Shown: positions 11,501 to 24,320 of the stretch, piece by piece
How the letters are laid out: every line of letters begins with the position of its first letter
How positions within the stretch are numbered: position 1 is the stretch's first letter
Assembly (NCBI GenBank): GCA_951406725.2
Contig: OX597824.1
Location: 21,886,001-21,950,000 of the forward strand
Source: Octopus vulgaris
Lineage: Eukaryota
Direction: 5' to 3'
Length of the DNA stretch: 64,000 bases
Program-made: the position numbers and the translations under genes
The notes under the pieces: model-generated
Told to the model about the DNA's origin: nothing
Seen by the model: the letters and a program-made list of their open reading frames with translations, nothing else
The model's database searches: none

Positions 11501-13094
11501 TGATAATCCTTACTTTTTCCTCGCAGAAAAATGTAAACTTACAAACAGAAACTTCAGGTTTAGTTGTTTCTGGAGCTTAATTAGATATAGTAACGAGTGT
11601 CCTAAAATATCATAAATTCATTAACAGCTTCCATAACCTTTCTAAAACTCACAGAAAAACAATGAATTCATAATGAAATTTCAGGCAATACAGATATAAC
11701 AAAAGCAATTTCGAAAATGGCACTAATTGATGTTTCATCTTTTATCAGTTCTAAAATATGGCTCTGTCTAATATTGTCGACATAGTAATTATTCAGTAGA
11801 TAGACTTTATGGAAACAAAAGATCGACAAGATTAAGAGGTTGATTATTGAAAGCAAAGCAAAGTAGGTTTTTAAGGAAACTTGTAACAACCAACAAGAAG
11901 TACTTATGTCTGTCTGTCTCTCTCTCTCTATGAACACAGGGTTGACTTGCAGTGAAGCTTATTTACGTAGTAGCAGTGATGCAGATATGGGGAATCAATA
12001 AGACTTTCAGAAAATTGAATGCTACTCTCCTTAGATCAAAATTAATATCTAAGAACCCGGTAAATTCTTTTTCTATTCTTTCTCCCCTTCCGCCCGCCAT
12101 CTCCTTTGCCATCTCTTTTTTATTTAATTTCATCTACAAGAGTCTTTGAATAATACATTATTTCATTGAAAGCTGGTTGGGCAATACAAATGCCTCCCAA
12201 CCGACCCACTCCCATATATGTATGCGCGTGTGTGTATATATGTCACTATGTACACATTTATATACGTACATACATACATACATACTATACACACACACAC
12301 AAACACATATATGTATATATTATGTGTGTGTGTGTATGTGTGTAATGCATAAAATTATTACTTTCTGTTTAACATATGTAAATGTACATGTATATGCATG
12401 TGTGTGTGTGTATGTGTGTGTGTGTGTGTGTGTGCAAGCGTGCGTATATATTTGATGTGTGGAGGAATAGACATCAGTGTCTGTATATGATTCTTAACGC
12501 TATATCTATTTTCATTTAAACACAAACATATATATATATATATATACACACACATATACATAAATATATCAATATATATATATATGCATATATATAAATG
12601 TACATATAGATATATGTGTATGTGAACATAGATGTACTGTGAATATGTGTGTATATATATTTATTTATGTACATATATGTAATGTGTATATGTATGTAAG
12701 TGTGTCTGTGTATGTGTGTATATATATATATATATAAACACGTGAGTACTTATATGTATATGCCTGTGTATGTATGTGTGTGAGTATATACGTATATTAT
12801 GTATGTATGTATGTATGTATATATATATATATATCTATGGAGAGAGAGGAGAAGGAAATGATTGTGTATGTATGTGCACATGGGAAGTTATTTACTATGG
12901 TAAAAGCCATTGTATAACAACAGAAAATGTTCACTATTGTATATATATATGACATCAAATTGTGAATATTTACATAGAGATGAGACATTTCTGATAATGC
13001 AGATATTAAAGTTGCATAGATATGGTGTCTTGATAATATAGTGACAGCACATAAATACATTCATATTGTTTTCATTGTCGCCTATTCTGTAGAC

Positions 13095-13575
13095 ATGATA
13101 TTCTGTATCATATAGCTATACCAGTGATATGACAGTGATGATATCACACAACTATATGGATCATGTCCTAATGTTAACATCACACAGTTATACAAGCAAT
13201 GTCCTAATAACAGTGATATCACACAGCTATACAGATGATGTCCTAACGCTTGTGATATCATGCAGCAATACAGATGTCCTAATGCTAATGATATCACATA
13301 GTTATACAAGTGATATCCTAATAAAAGTAATATCACACAGCTACATAGATGATAGTCTAATGCTAATGATATCACACAGTTGTAAAAGTAATGCCCCAAT
13401 AAAAGTAACATCACACAATTGTATAGATGATGTCCAAATGCTAACGATAATACAGTTATATAAGTGATATCCTAATAACAATGATGTCATACAGCTACAT
13501 AGATGATACCCTAATGCTAATATTACACAGTAATGTCCTATTAATAGTGATATCACACAGTTATATAGATACTGC
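13095..13575. repeat. ~40-bp minisatellite, about 12 units
   Basis: Consensus ~GATATCACACAGYTATACARRTGATRTCCTAATRMTART; explains ORFs in 13082-13586. Confidence 0.9.
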
Positions 13576-13594
13576 TTTAACGGCAATAGTATCC

Positions 13595-13890
13595 CTTATT
13601 TACTTAAGTTCTTCACTCTCTATGAAACATGGTCTGTTGGTGACTTTTCTCTTGACTCTGGGCTGTCTTTCTTCTTCCAGGCCTTGTTCTTTTGAATTTG
13701 TCATCAATGCTCTTGCAACTTTGTTTTTTTTTTTCTAAGTAGGTGTGTCAGTGTAAGAAAACCCATTTTTATTTCTTGGAAGAGGTGGTACATGTTAGTT
13801 TGGCCTCTTTCTTTTGACCTGTCCAGCATGAGGCCCCAACAGGAACTTGTACATGGCTGGTATTTCTTGCAGGGTCATTGAGGTACATTG
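13595..13890 (-). mobile_element. Non-autonomous RTE-derived (Ceph-domain-like) element
   Basis: Minus strand CCTCAATGACCCT...GGGCCTCATGCTGGACAGGTCAAAAG...GGCCAAACTAA resembles RTE 5' UTR motifs (from memory); ends CTTAAGTAAATAAG; homologous to 39640-40055. Confidence 0.55.
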
Positions 13891-13989
13891 AATGATACAT
13901 TTGTAAATAACTTAGCTCTGAATTTGGCCTTGAAGGAAAAAAAACCCTAGAAAAATAGTTAGGCAAACGTAGAGTATGTGAGAAAAAAT

Positions 13990-14230
13990 TATCATCATCA
14001 TAATCACCATCGTCATTTAATGACCATTTTCTATGCTGGCATGGGTTGAACAGTTTGACAGAAGCTGGCAAGGCTGAGAGCTGTACCTGGCTCTATTGTC
14101 CGTTTTGGCAGGGTTTTTATGGCTGGATACCATTCCTAATGCCAACCACTTTGCAGAGTGTACTGTCTGCTTTTTATGTGACACTAACACCAGTGCTTTT
14201 ATGTGGCACCAGCACTAACAGGGTCACCAA
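13990..14230 (-). mobile_element. Family D copy, diverged
   Basis: TTTCTATGCTGGCATGGGTTGAAC...GGCTGGATACCATTCCTAATGCCAACCACT. Confidence 0.7.
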
Positions 14231-14959
14231 GACAAAAAAAAAAAAAAAAGGGAATTAAAAGGTAAAAACACCCTAAACTGGAAGTGGGTTATAGAATTGA
14301 GAGAAACTGAGTATTGGAATCTTCAGAGCATTTTGCCTTACCTTTAAAGAGTTAAACTAACTCTTTGTAATTTATAGATTTCTATAAAACTGAAATATAA
14401 AACAATTTTGATAATTGTCCCAGTTATTTCTAAAATTGGTATAAACCCAAAATATAGTTTAGAAAGTAGATCTTGATTATTTTATCATTTTAAGTATAAA
14501 TATTTAGGAAATACTAATTCAATAAGCATCACCTGTTCCTCCTTACCATCACCTGCCAATTAGTTTATAAGCTTAAAGATATTCTGCCAGATCTAAGTTA
14601 ATTTATATGCACCTTAAACTGCTGGTATCTGATTTTCTCTCCCCTTCTGTTCAAAGCTTTCCAATTGTATTTTCATATTACACACTAAGTTAATTCTGAA
14701 TGCACAAACCTTTGCCTAGATATTTCAGAACACTTTTCTCTTTTGCAGCTAAACACTATTCTTTACTCCAAACTAAATCAGACATGAGGATAGTAAGTAG
14801 TTTTTACAAGTTAAATGCAAAATAAATAGATGTATACAGTCTAATATAGGGTGAAACAGAAAATAACATTTCAGGCAAACCCATTTGTTAATTAAAAGAC
14901 TCCCTCCTCCCATCAGCCCACCCACCAAACATTAATCCCTATTTCATCTTACAGAACAT

Positions 14960-15347
14960 AGGCGTAGGAGTGGCAGTGTGGTAAGTAGCTTGCTTACCAA
15001 CCACATGGTTCTGGGTTCACTACCATAGCGTGGCACCTTGGGCAAGTGTCTTCTACTATAACCTCAGGCCGACCAAAGCCTTGTGAGTGGATTTGGTAGA
15101 CAGAAACTGAAAGAAGCCCATCGTGTATATGTATATATATATATATACATGTCTGTATGTGTTTGTCCCCCCAACATCGCTTGACAACCGATGCTGGTGT
15201 GTAAATTAGCGGTTCGGCAAAAGAGACCAATAGAATAAGTACTAGGTTTACAAAGAATAAGTCCTGGGGTCGATTTGCTCGACTAAAGTCGGTGCTCCAG
15301 CATGGCCACAGTCACATGACTGAAACAAGTAAAAGAGTAAAAGAGTA
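14960..15347 (+). mobile_element. SINE family A, full length
   Basis: GGCGTAGGAGTGGCAGTGTGGTAAG head through CAGTCACATGACTGAAACAAGTAAAAGAGTAAAAGAGTA. Confidence 0.9.
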
Positions 15348-16059
15348 ACAGAAATACAACTTTTCTTGAGCTTTATTTCTGAATCTAATTTATGTAGACA
15401 TATATCAAGTCACCGAAATTCCAATAACTGGAAGACAGGCCAAAAATATGATCACCTGCTTTTTGAGTTCAGTCTACAGAAGGAATTCAGACCAAATCTC
15501 TAGTTCCTCTCTCACAAACATTTTTACCTCAGAAACATTTTTTTGTCACTTTCCAATTCCACCTGGTTACCCCCACCCTCTTCTAAAATGTGAGTAGGCA
15601 TGTAGTTCCTCTGCTACAAGAAATCTGTTCTGCTCTGGCCCTTTTCATCTCATACTTTGCCCCTTTTCCCTTATACTGTACTCCTCTTTACTCCTCATCC
15701 TACAAGCATAAAGTTGACTCCACTCAGTGTTTGTAGTTTTGGAACCTGCATGTTGACTTCAATAGTGCTGGTGTCATGAAGAACACACCCAATACACAGT
15801 GTAAAGTGGTTGTCATAAGGAAGGTCATTCTGTCTCAGAAACGAAGCTGAAATAGACATTGGAACACAATGCAGTCTTTGGGCTCATTGGATCTTGTCAA
15901 ATTATCCAACACATGCCACCATAGAATAAGAACATTAATAAGTGATTATAATAATGATGATGAAGCTTTAAACTTCAGATATTTAAGTTGTGCATCATCA
16001 TCCTCACAACCCTCTGAGCAGTGCCCAGTCAGTGCCCTTCTCTGCATGATACTTCCTCC

Positions 16060-16400
16060 TCCACCATGACCACGTGGCATCAGGCCGACCAACATTAGCC
16101 ATTACCCCAGCAGGATATGCAGGATCCAACTCTGAAAATCAAGCAACATGACTAAACAGTCTGTCATGACACTCCCAAATCAAACAAGTAACAGGACACA
16201 TCATGCTTTGAGTATAGTCATTGGCTGAATATGAAACCCAATCAGCCTATGGTAACCCAGAATTCTGTTAAGTGTCCTGGTACCAAAGGAATTCAGATGG
16301 CTCCTAAGGGCCCTGGACAGTGCTCAGACAGCCAAAACTGTTGTCCTCCTCCTCAGATATCCTAATACCCTTGTCTGGTGAGTTCACAACAGCGTCAACA
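16060..16400 (-). mobile_element. Degenerate RTE-clade LINE ORF fragment (region C-terminal to RT)
   Basis: Minus-strand pieces LRSHLNSFGTRTLNRILGY and CPVTCLIWECHDRLFSHVA*FSELDPAY resemble RTE motifs (FGTxxLRRIxG, LRLxGHVAR); stops and frameshifts present. Confidence 0.6.
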
Positions 16401-17365
16401 TGTCCAAGTCTTTTTAAGACTTTGGACTTGCAGCTAATGCTGCTATGGGTCATAATGCCAAGATAAGGTGTTCACCTTCTTAGTAAAAGAAGAAAATAAA
16501 TAAATATCCATATGTGTGTGAGTGTATGTTGGAAATGAATAGTTTTAACTGTAAATGAAAACCAGATAAGTAACACAGTTTGCCAATAAGTCTATAATCC
16601 ATCTTATATATAACCAAGAATTATGTCACCTAATCTAAAATGGATGATATAATATCAGAGCTTAGCTCTAAAAATCTATAACCTCTGTGCTAACAGTTAG
16701 CACGCCAGCACTGTGATCATTAAACAACCACACTAATATCAATTTATACTAAATAAATTACCATTTTGAATGCACCTATTAAGCTAACTGTAGTTAAATG
16801 CAAAGTATTGAAATATCCTAGGGGGTCATTGTCATACTAAGATTATATTGAAAGGAAAATATTACATTGAAATTCTCAAACCAAAATCAATGAGATTGTT
16901 GCCGTTTAAAGGAGTTAAAGAAAATAAATGGGCTACTGATTGAATAGAGTGGAATACATAATCATTATAAATTAGTACTGCCTTCTGACTTCATCAATTT
17001 AACTTTATATATCCTAAGGGGAGCATTCTTCGCCAACGTTTATTGATCTTATACCCATTAACAATCTATCTTCCACTATCTCCTAACCAATTGATTCTTT
17101 CTGGCAAGGAACTAACCACAAATAAAAAAAAAAAAAAAAGAAATGAATAGAACTTAAACATCTGTCAATTGTCACTGTAAACAATATTCTGTCTTTTACA
17201 CTCTGAGGTCATTTAAAAAAAAAAAAAAAAAAAAGAATAAAGGAAAGGAAAAAAAAAAAAAAAATTTGTATTTATTTTTTTTTCTCTCTCTCTCTTTACC
17301 AATAACATTTCCAGGAGGAAATGACAATTACAAACTGTTTCTTCACAATTTCTCTTCACATAAAA

Positions 17366-17390
17366 TAATGATAATAATAACAACAATAAC

Positions 17391-17437
<47 letters not shown>

Positions 17438-17523
17438 CAACAATTTAAAAATTTTTTTATCTAGCTTCAGCTCACGAGCTGTGGTCATGCTGGGGCACCG
17501 CCATAATAATAATAATAACAATG

Positions 17524-17575
<52 letters not shown>

Positions 17576-17647
17576 TAATCATCATCATCATCGTTTAGCA
17601 TCCGCTTTCCATGCTAGCATGGGTTGGACAGTTCTACTGGGGTGATG

Positions 17648-17702
<55 letters not shown>

Positions 17703-17797
17703 CAACAACAACAACAATTTAAAAATTTTTTTATCTAGCTTCAGCTCACGAGCTGTGGTCATGCTGGGGCACCGCCATAATAATAATAATAACAATG

Positions 17798-17840
<43 letters not shown>

Positions 17841-17918
17841 TAATCATCATCATCATCATCATCGTTTAGCGTCCGCTTTCCATGCTAGCATGGGTTGGAC
17901 AGTTCTACTGGGGTGATG

Positions 17919-17977
<59 letters not shown>

Positions 17978-17978
17978 C
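17366..17978. repeat. (AAT)n-rich tandem duplication of a ~300-bp block containing SINE tail fragments
   Basis: TTTATCTAGCTTCAGCTCACGAGCTGTGGTCATGCTGGGGCACCGCC and CCGCTTTCCATGCTAGCATGGGTTGGACAGTTCTACTGGGG each occur twice, almost identically. Confidence 0.9.
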
Positions 17979-18163
17979 CTTGATGATAATGCTTATGATG
18001 AAGATGATGGTTTCAAATTTTGGTACAAGGCCAACAAGTTCTTATTTTATTGGCGCCAAAGGGATGAAAAGCATAATCAACCTCAGCGGTATTTGAACTC
18101 ACAATGCAAAGATGGACGAAATGCTGCTAAACATTTCACAGTATGCTAAATATTATAATAATA

Positions 18164-18219
<56 letters not shown>

Positions 18220-18846
18220 AGTAGCAGTAGCAGTAGCAGCAGCAGCAAAGTGTAGAGACTGTGTAAGTGAAACTCTTACTCTAAGTGGAATAACCTAATT
18301 TCTGGGATTGAAAGTATGAAATGTAAAAATTGACAGCCCACTTATGAAGATTAAGATGAAGTCGTAGCTGACAAGTCTTTACAATACATCGACCAATTAA
18401 AGGACAGTTTGTGTGAGCCATTGAGGGTATTTCTACTCAGTTGCTTCACCTGCTAGAAATGGTAGCTGAATCTCTCCCAAATCATAATCTACTGTTTTAG
18501 TAAAAGGACACATTTGCTTGATTGGAAAAAAAAAACACTGACCTGAGGCAAAACAACAGCAATTTGCATCTTCTAGCCTTCTTGTTAGCTCAGTACACTA
18601 AGTTGAAAATAGATACCATGGGGAAGCAAGCATAGCTAAATGGAAATTGTACCATTATGCTTGGAGTCTGATTTGTTTTAGTTAAGAAGAGGAAAAATAT
18701 TTATTATGCTTAAACTTATGCTTAAACTTGTTAGAGCATTGACAAAATGCTTTGCATATGTGTTCTAGCTCTTTATGTTCTCAGTTCAAATCCCATCTAC
18801 ATCGACTTTGTGTCCATCTTTTAAGATTCAATATAATCAACTAAAT

Positions 18847-19065
18847 CAAGCTGGCAGAAACGTTAGCATGCCGGGCGAAATGCTTATATTTCATCTGTAT
18901 TTAGGTTCTGAGTTCAAATTTTTGCTGAGATTGACTTTGCCTTTCATCCATTTGGGGATCGATAAATTAAGTACCGGTTGCGTACTGAGGTCGATCTAAT
19001 CGACTGGACCACCCCCACCCCACCCCAAAAAATTTGGGGCCTTGTGCCTAGAGTAGAAAAGAATA
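18847..19065 (+). mobile_element. SINE family B, subtype B2
   Basis: AGCTGGCAGAAACGTTAGCATGCCGGGCGAAATGC...GAGTTCAAATT...CCTTGTGCCTAGAGTAGAAAAGAAT. Confidence 0.85.
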
Positions 19066-19819
19066 TAATCCTTTCAGGGTCGATAAATTAAGTACCAGTT
19101 ACACACTGGGGGTCAATGTAATCGACTCCAAAAGCATAACCATGTAGTTGGGAAACAAACTTCTTAACCACACAGCCATACCTATCTTATCTTAATTATT
19201 ATTTGCATGTTTCATAAGGTTTTTACAGCATTTTTCCATGTTAGAATAACCAAAATATGATTTCTCACAAATCCAGGTATTTACAGATCGTTGAGGCAGG
19301 TAATTCTATAACTTAGTGACGGTCCTACTGCTAACCAGTTGGCTGTGAAATGAGGATTGTGCCTACTTTGCAGCAGAGCACATTCAATTCTTGATAATAG
19401 AGTCAGCGCAGCAGCAAAAATAACGTTGCAGTTCTCTAGCTCAACGGAATGGTTAGTGAATTGTTTCCTTTATAATGCAGGCTGTGAACAACAGCGTCAC
19501 TGGTTATGGGAGAGGGGAGGTCCAACAGGCCAACCACTGGTTCGCTATATTTACGATTGACGAATGTGACAAGAAAGTGTCTTAACTCAGGTGGAACAAA
19601 TAACATGAGGAGGGAGTTATGTTTGAAAATGATGGTTTACTGGTTTTTCTCACCGTTTTCATGTTCCTCACAAATGTCAGCTGTTTACTTCTCTTGCCAT
19701 TATACATTATCAAATGATTACACACACACACACAGGTGCAGGCATAGCTGTTTAGCGTTCAGTCCCACTGCATAGCACCTTCAGTACGTTGCCTCATACT
19801 ATAGATCCCCACCCCCATA

Positions 19820-20155
19820 GTGAAGGCGCATGGCTCAGTGGTTAGAGCGTCGAGCTTACGATCGTAAGGTTGTGAGTTCGAATCCCGGACCGGGCTGCGT
19901 GTTGTGTTCTTGAACAAGACACTCTATTTCACGTTGCTCCAGTTAACTCAGCTGTAGAAATGAGTTGCAACGTCACAGGTGCCAAGCTGTATCAGCCGTT
20001 GCCTTTCCCTTGGATAACACTGGTGGCGTGGAGAGGGGAGGCCGGTATGCATGGGTGACTGCTGGTCTTCCATAAACAACCTTGCCCGGACTTGTGCCTA
20101 GGAGGGTAACTTTCTAGGTGCAATCCCATGGTCAGTCATGACCGAAGGGGGTCTC
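19820..20155 (+). mobile_element. SINE family C1, well preserved, nested in an old family A remnant
   Basis: A box TGGCTCAGTGG, B box GAGTTCGAATCCC; high similarity to 10521-10857; family A sequence on both sides with CTATAG duplicated. Confidence 0.88.
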
Positions 20156-20254
20156 AGCAACTATAGCCCCTGGGTCGACAAAAGCCTTATGAGTAGGTTT
20201 AGTAGATGGAAACTAAAAGAAGCCTGTTATATATGAGTGAGAATGTTTTTTTTT

Positions 20255-20670
20255 ATTCTTTTACTTGTTTCAGTCATTTGACTGCAGCCCTGCTGGAGCA
20301 CCACCTTGAGGGATTTTAGTCAAATATATCGACCCCAGGATTTATTTCTTAAGCCTAATACTCATTCTACTAGTCACTTTTGCTGAACTGCTAAGTTACA
20401 GAGATATAAACACACCAACACCGGTTGTAAAGCAGTGATGGGGGGACAAACACATACACACGTAGATAATATACATATATACACACACACATATATAAAT
20501 ATATATGAAAAGGATTCTTTCAGTTTCTGTCAACCAAATCCACTCACAAGGTTTTGGTTGGCCCGAGGCTATAGTGAAAGACACTCGGCCAAGGTGCCAT
20601 GCAGTGAAACTGAACCTGGAACCATGTGGTTGGGAAGCAAGCTTCTTATTACACAGCCACACTGGTGCCT
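20255..20670 (-). mobile_element. SINE family A
   Basis: Full homology to the other family A copies. Confidence 0.85.
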
Positions 20671-20986
20671 ATACACAGCTATGTCCATGCCTATTGGGTA
20701 TGTTTGTGCCTCCTTGCCTTGACATCATATGATAGTTATGAGCAAGCGTTACCATAATATAAATGCTGTCATACATTCCCAATCTTCTGTGAAAACATGT
20801 TCAATTACGGGGAGGAAATATTACCTTGTTTGGATACAAGTCATGGTTGGCAGCAGGAAGAGCACCCAGCCACAGAAAACCAGCTTCGGTGAATTGAAGC
20901 AAGGAAAAGTGGATGTTAAAATAATGATGATGATATGCTATATTTGTGGCATGGCTGAATGGTTAAGAAGTTTATATAAATGTATC

Positions 20987-21507
20987 AGGCCTGGCTGTGT
21001 GGTAAGAAGCTTACTTTTCAACCACATGGATATGGGTTCAGTCCTCCTACCTTGCACCTTAGGCAAACATCTACTATAGCCTAGGGCCAACCAAAGCTTT
21101 GTGAATGGATTTGGTGGAAAGAAACTGAAAGAAGCCTGTCAAGTATATATATAGTAAGAATAGAGATATATTTTTCTAATTTATATATATATATATATAT
21201 ATATTTGTGAAATTTGATTTAGTATTTCTAAATTGAATTTTTCCCTGTAAGTTTGGAATAATATTCCCTCATATATATATATATATATGTATATGGGTGT
21301 GTGTATGTATGTATGTTTGCCTGCCATCACCCCTTGAAAACCAGTGTTGGTGTGTTTATGTCCCTGTAACTTAGTGGTTTGGCAAAAGAGACCAAAAGAA
21401 TAAGTACCAGGCTTAGCAAAAAGTATGTAGTGGGGTTGATTAATTTGACTAAAAATTAATTCTTCAATGTGGTGCCCCAGCATGGCCACAGTCTTATGAC
21501 TGAAACA

Positions 21508-21508
<1 letters not shown>
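20987..21508 (+). mobile_element. SINE family A with an insertion in its internal microsatellite
   Basis: Family A head and tail; 21152-21270 insert shares ATTTTTCCCTGTAAGTTTGGA with 883-904. Confidence 0.8.
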
Positions 21509-21542
<34 letters not shown>

Positions 21543-22518
21543 TGTCTCCTTATCTTTACATCACATGACAGTTGTAAATGATTGTCGCATTCATACAAGG
21601 AATGTCATTCATTTCCAATATCCTTTGAGAACATGTTTGGCCATGGGGAAATATTACCTTGCTTGGAAAACAAGTAAGGGTTGGTGACATGAAGGGCATC
21701 CAGGTCATTGAAAAGAAATCTGCTTCAATAAACTCTGTCCAATCTATGGAAGCATGGAAAAATGGAAGTTAAAATGACGCTGATGACGACGACGGTGACG
21801 ACGGCGATGACGACGATGACGTTAATTCAATAACCTGCATAAATATTTGCAGATAAATGTCAAAAGCCAGAACTTAAGATATTTTTATCCCAAGAGTTTA
21901 TTATCGTTCCACAATGTCTTATTTTACCAAACCTTGCACGGTGGCTTGGTCTGTGTGATTAGGCAGAAAAAAATTTTCTGCTATCATTTAGGTATGAAAC
22001 AGACCATTACATTAATAAAAAAAACAAAAACAAACAAAAACAAAACAAAACGAAAACAAACAAACAAAACAAAACTTGCAGACATCTGTTGTAATGTGCT
22101 TAAAGATATGAAATGGAGTAAGAATAGAGATATTGGGCTTGACTAAATTATTCTGCAGTCATACAGTAATTTAATATTTCAATGTTCAATAATAATATTA
22201 AATCTTTTATCTTGTTTTGCTCAATGGACTGTGACCATGCTGGGGCACCACCTTGAAGGGTTTTTGACGAACAAATTGACACTGGTACATATACTTTTTA
22301 AAACTGGTACTTATTCTATTGATGTTGTTTGCCAAACTGCTAAGTTATACAGAAGTATAAATGAACATTGGTTGTCACTTGGGATGTGTGTATGTAAGAC
22401 AAACACAAACACACACACATATACAAGCTTCCATACACATTCTGTCTACCAAATTCACTTGGATATTGTAACAAGGTATTCTGAAGCTGCTCAGTCATGT
22501 CTATACCTATATGTCAAG

Positions 22519-22568
22519 CAAAAACTGTCCGATGAATGGCAACGGGAAACTCAGAGTAACAGGTTTTG
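22519..22568 (+). ncRNA. Minimal type-I hammerhead-like motif, CCGATGA core, degenerate stem II
   Basis: CAAAAACTGT-CCGATGA-ATGGCAACGG-GAAA-CTCAGAG-TA-ACAGGTTTTG; stem I pairs 9/10; GUA triplet. Confidence 0.65.
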
Positions 22569-22896
22569 TTGAATTTTCTGCTGCTTTAAATAAAGTATAT
22601 ATATATATATATAATAGGAGGACTATATCAGTGTCCAATAGTGGTTTATACACATACACACACACACATATGTATGTATGCACATACATAATACATATAT
22701 AAACATTTGTACATAGGTACATACATGCATATTTATATGGTTGCATTGTTAATCAGTTTGCTTTGCAATCATATGGTTTCTGGCTCAGTTCCACTCTAAG
22801 GCACCTTGGACATGTGACTTCTACTCTAGCTCCAAGACAACTAAAGCCTGTCATACACACACACACACACGTTACATATATACTTGTCACTCTCTC

Positions 22897-22942
<46 letters not shown>

Positions 22943-22950
22943 CACACACC

Positions 22951-23122
22951 TGAGTAAGCACATAAATGTGAAACAAGGTGGAAAAAATGAGTACTCAAAT
23001 ACCAGAGGTAGAGTAATATGCTTTATTTAAAAGCAGCAGAAATATAACAAAAGCTGTTACTCAGAGTTTCACATTCCTGTTCGTCAGACGGTTATGTTAT
23101 ATTTCTGCTGCTTTTAAATAAA

Positions 23123-23128
<6 letters not shown>
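22951..23128 (-). mobile_element. Penelope-like terminal fragment with 34-bp inverted repeat, between TA/CA microsatellites
   Basis: Arms 23016-23049 and 23095-23128 enclose a hammerhead; same family as 22519-22596. Confidence 0.65.
23054..23091 (-). ncRNA. Minimal type-I hammerhead ribozyme
   Basis: Minus strand CCGT-CTGACGA-ACA GGAA TGT-GAAA-CTCTGAG-TA-ACAG; intact core, 3-bp stem II with GGAA tetraloop, GUA triplet. Confidence 0.8.
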
Positions 23129-23167
<39 letters not shown>

Positions 23168-23375
23168 CATCATCATCATCATTTAATAAATTTCTTCTGT
23201 ACTGAAATGAGTTGGTAAGCCAGAGGGCTGCACCAGGCTCCAGTTGTCTGTTTTGGTATAGTTTCTATGACTGGATGCCCTTCCTAATACCAACCACTTT
23301 ACAGAATATACTGGGTGCTTTCCATGTGGTACTGGCATGGGTGCTTTTCACATGGTGCAGGCACACGAGTATTGC

Positions 23376-23683
23376 TCATGGCTTAGTGGTTAGTATGTTT
23401 GGCTCATGATCATGAAGTTGTGAGTTTGATTTCCAATGGTGCATTGTGTTCTTGAGCAAGGCACTTTATTTCATGCCACTCCAGTCCATTCAGCTGGCAA
23501 AAAATGAGTAGTACCTGTCTTTCAAAGGGCCAACCTTGTCACTTCCTCTGTGTCATGTTGAACCTTCCTGAGAACTACGTTAAGAGTATGCACGTCTGTG
23601 GAGTACTCAGTCACCTGCACATTAATTTTAGGAACAAGATGAATCAACTGGAATACTTGTTGTCATAACCAATGGAATGCCAG
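23376..23683 (+). mobile_element. SINE family C3 (tRNA head, CORE-like domain, different tail)
   Basis: CATGGCTTAGTGGTTAG...GTTCTTGAGCAAGGCACTTTATTTC...CAGCTGGCAAAAAATGAG; homologous to 42493 and 61741. Confidence 0.8.
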
Positions 23684-23989
23684 TATGCCAGTGTACAGGT
23701 AATACCAGTGTACAGGTAATATATTTACACCTGCTTTGTATCTTTATGTTCTGGAATCTTCCTTGCTATCTTATTTATTTTCGAATAGACTTTTGAGATA
23801 GTTGTAATTAATTTGTAATTAGTTATAGAGCACTCTCTCACAGAAAAATACTTTGTTTAGATAAATTTAGATGCGTTCTGAGATAGTACACTTGTCTATT
23901 TTCCTCACACACATACATGTCGATGCATGTGTGAGTATATTGACACACATACAAGTACACACACACACACACATACTCACACACACACA

Positions 23990-24136
23990 CACATGTATGT
24001 ATATAATTATACACCTCCATACATTCATGCACTCACACTCACTCACATATACATACATCTGTATATATGTGTATTTAGTCATACACATCAGGTACATGCA
24101 CGCTTGTCCATACATGTATATACATCTTCACATATG

Positions 24137-24174
<38 letters not shown>

Positions 24175-24320
24175 TGTATATAATTATACACCTCCATATA
24201 TTCATGAACTCACTCACACACACATACATCTGTATATATGTGTATTTAATCATACACATCAAGTGCATGCACACTTGTGCATACATGTATATACATCTTC
24301 ACATATGCACACACACACGT
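23990..24320. repeat. Tandem duplication (~175 bp x 2) of microsatellite-derived sequence
   Basis: ACATGTATGTATATAATTATACACCTCCATA...ATACATCTTCACATATGCA occurs twice. Confidence 0.85.

Noticed and set aside
13095-13575. CRISPR-like array
   Set aside because: Contiguous degenerate units without unique spacers, eukaryotic context, no cas genes.
19820-19895. tRNA gene
   Set aside because: A and B boxes are present, but the acceptor and T stems do not close and the sequence continues into a SINE body found in several copies.
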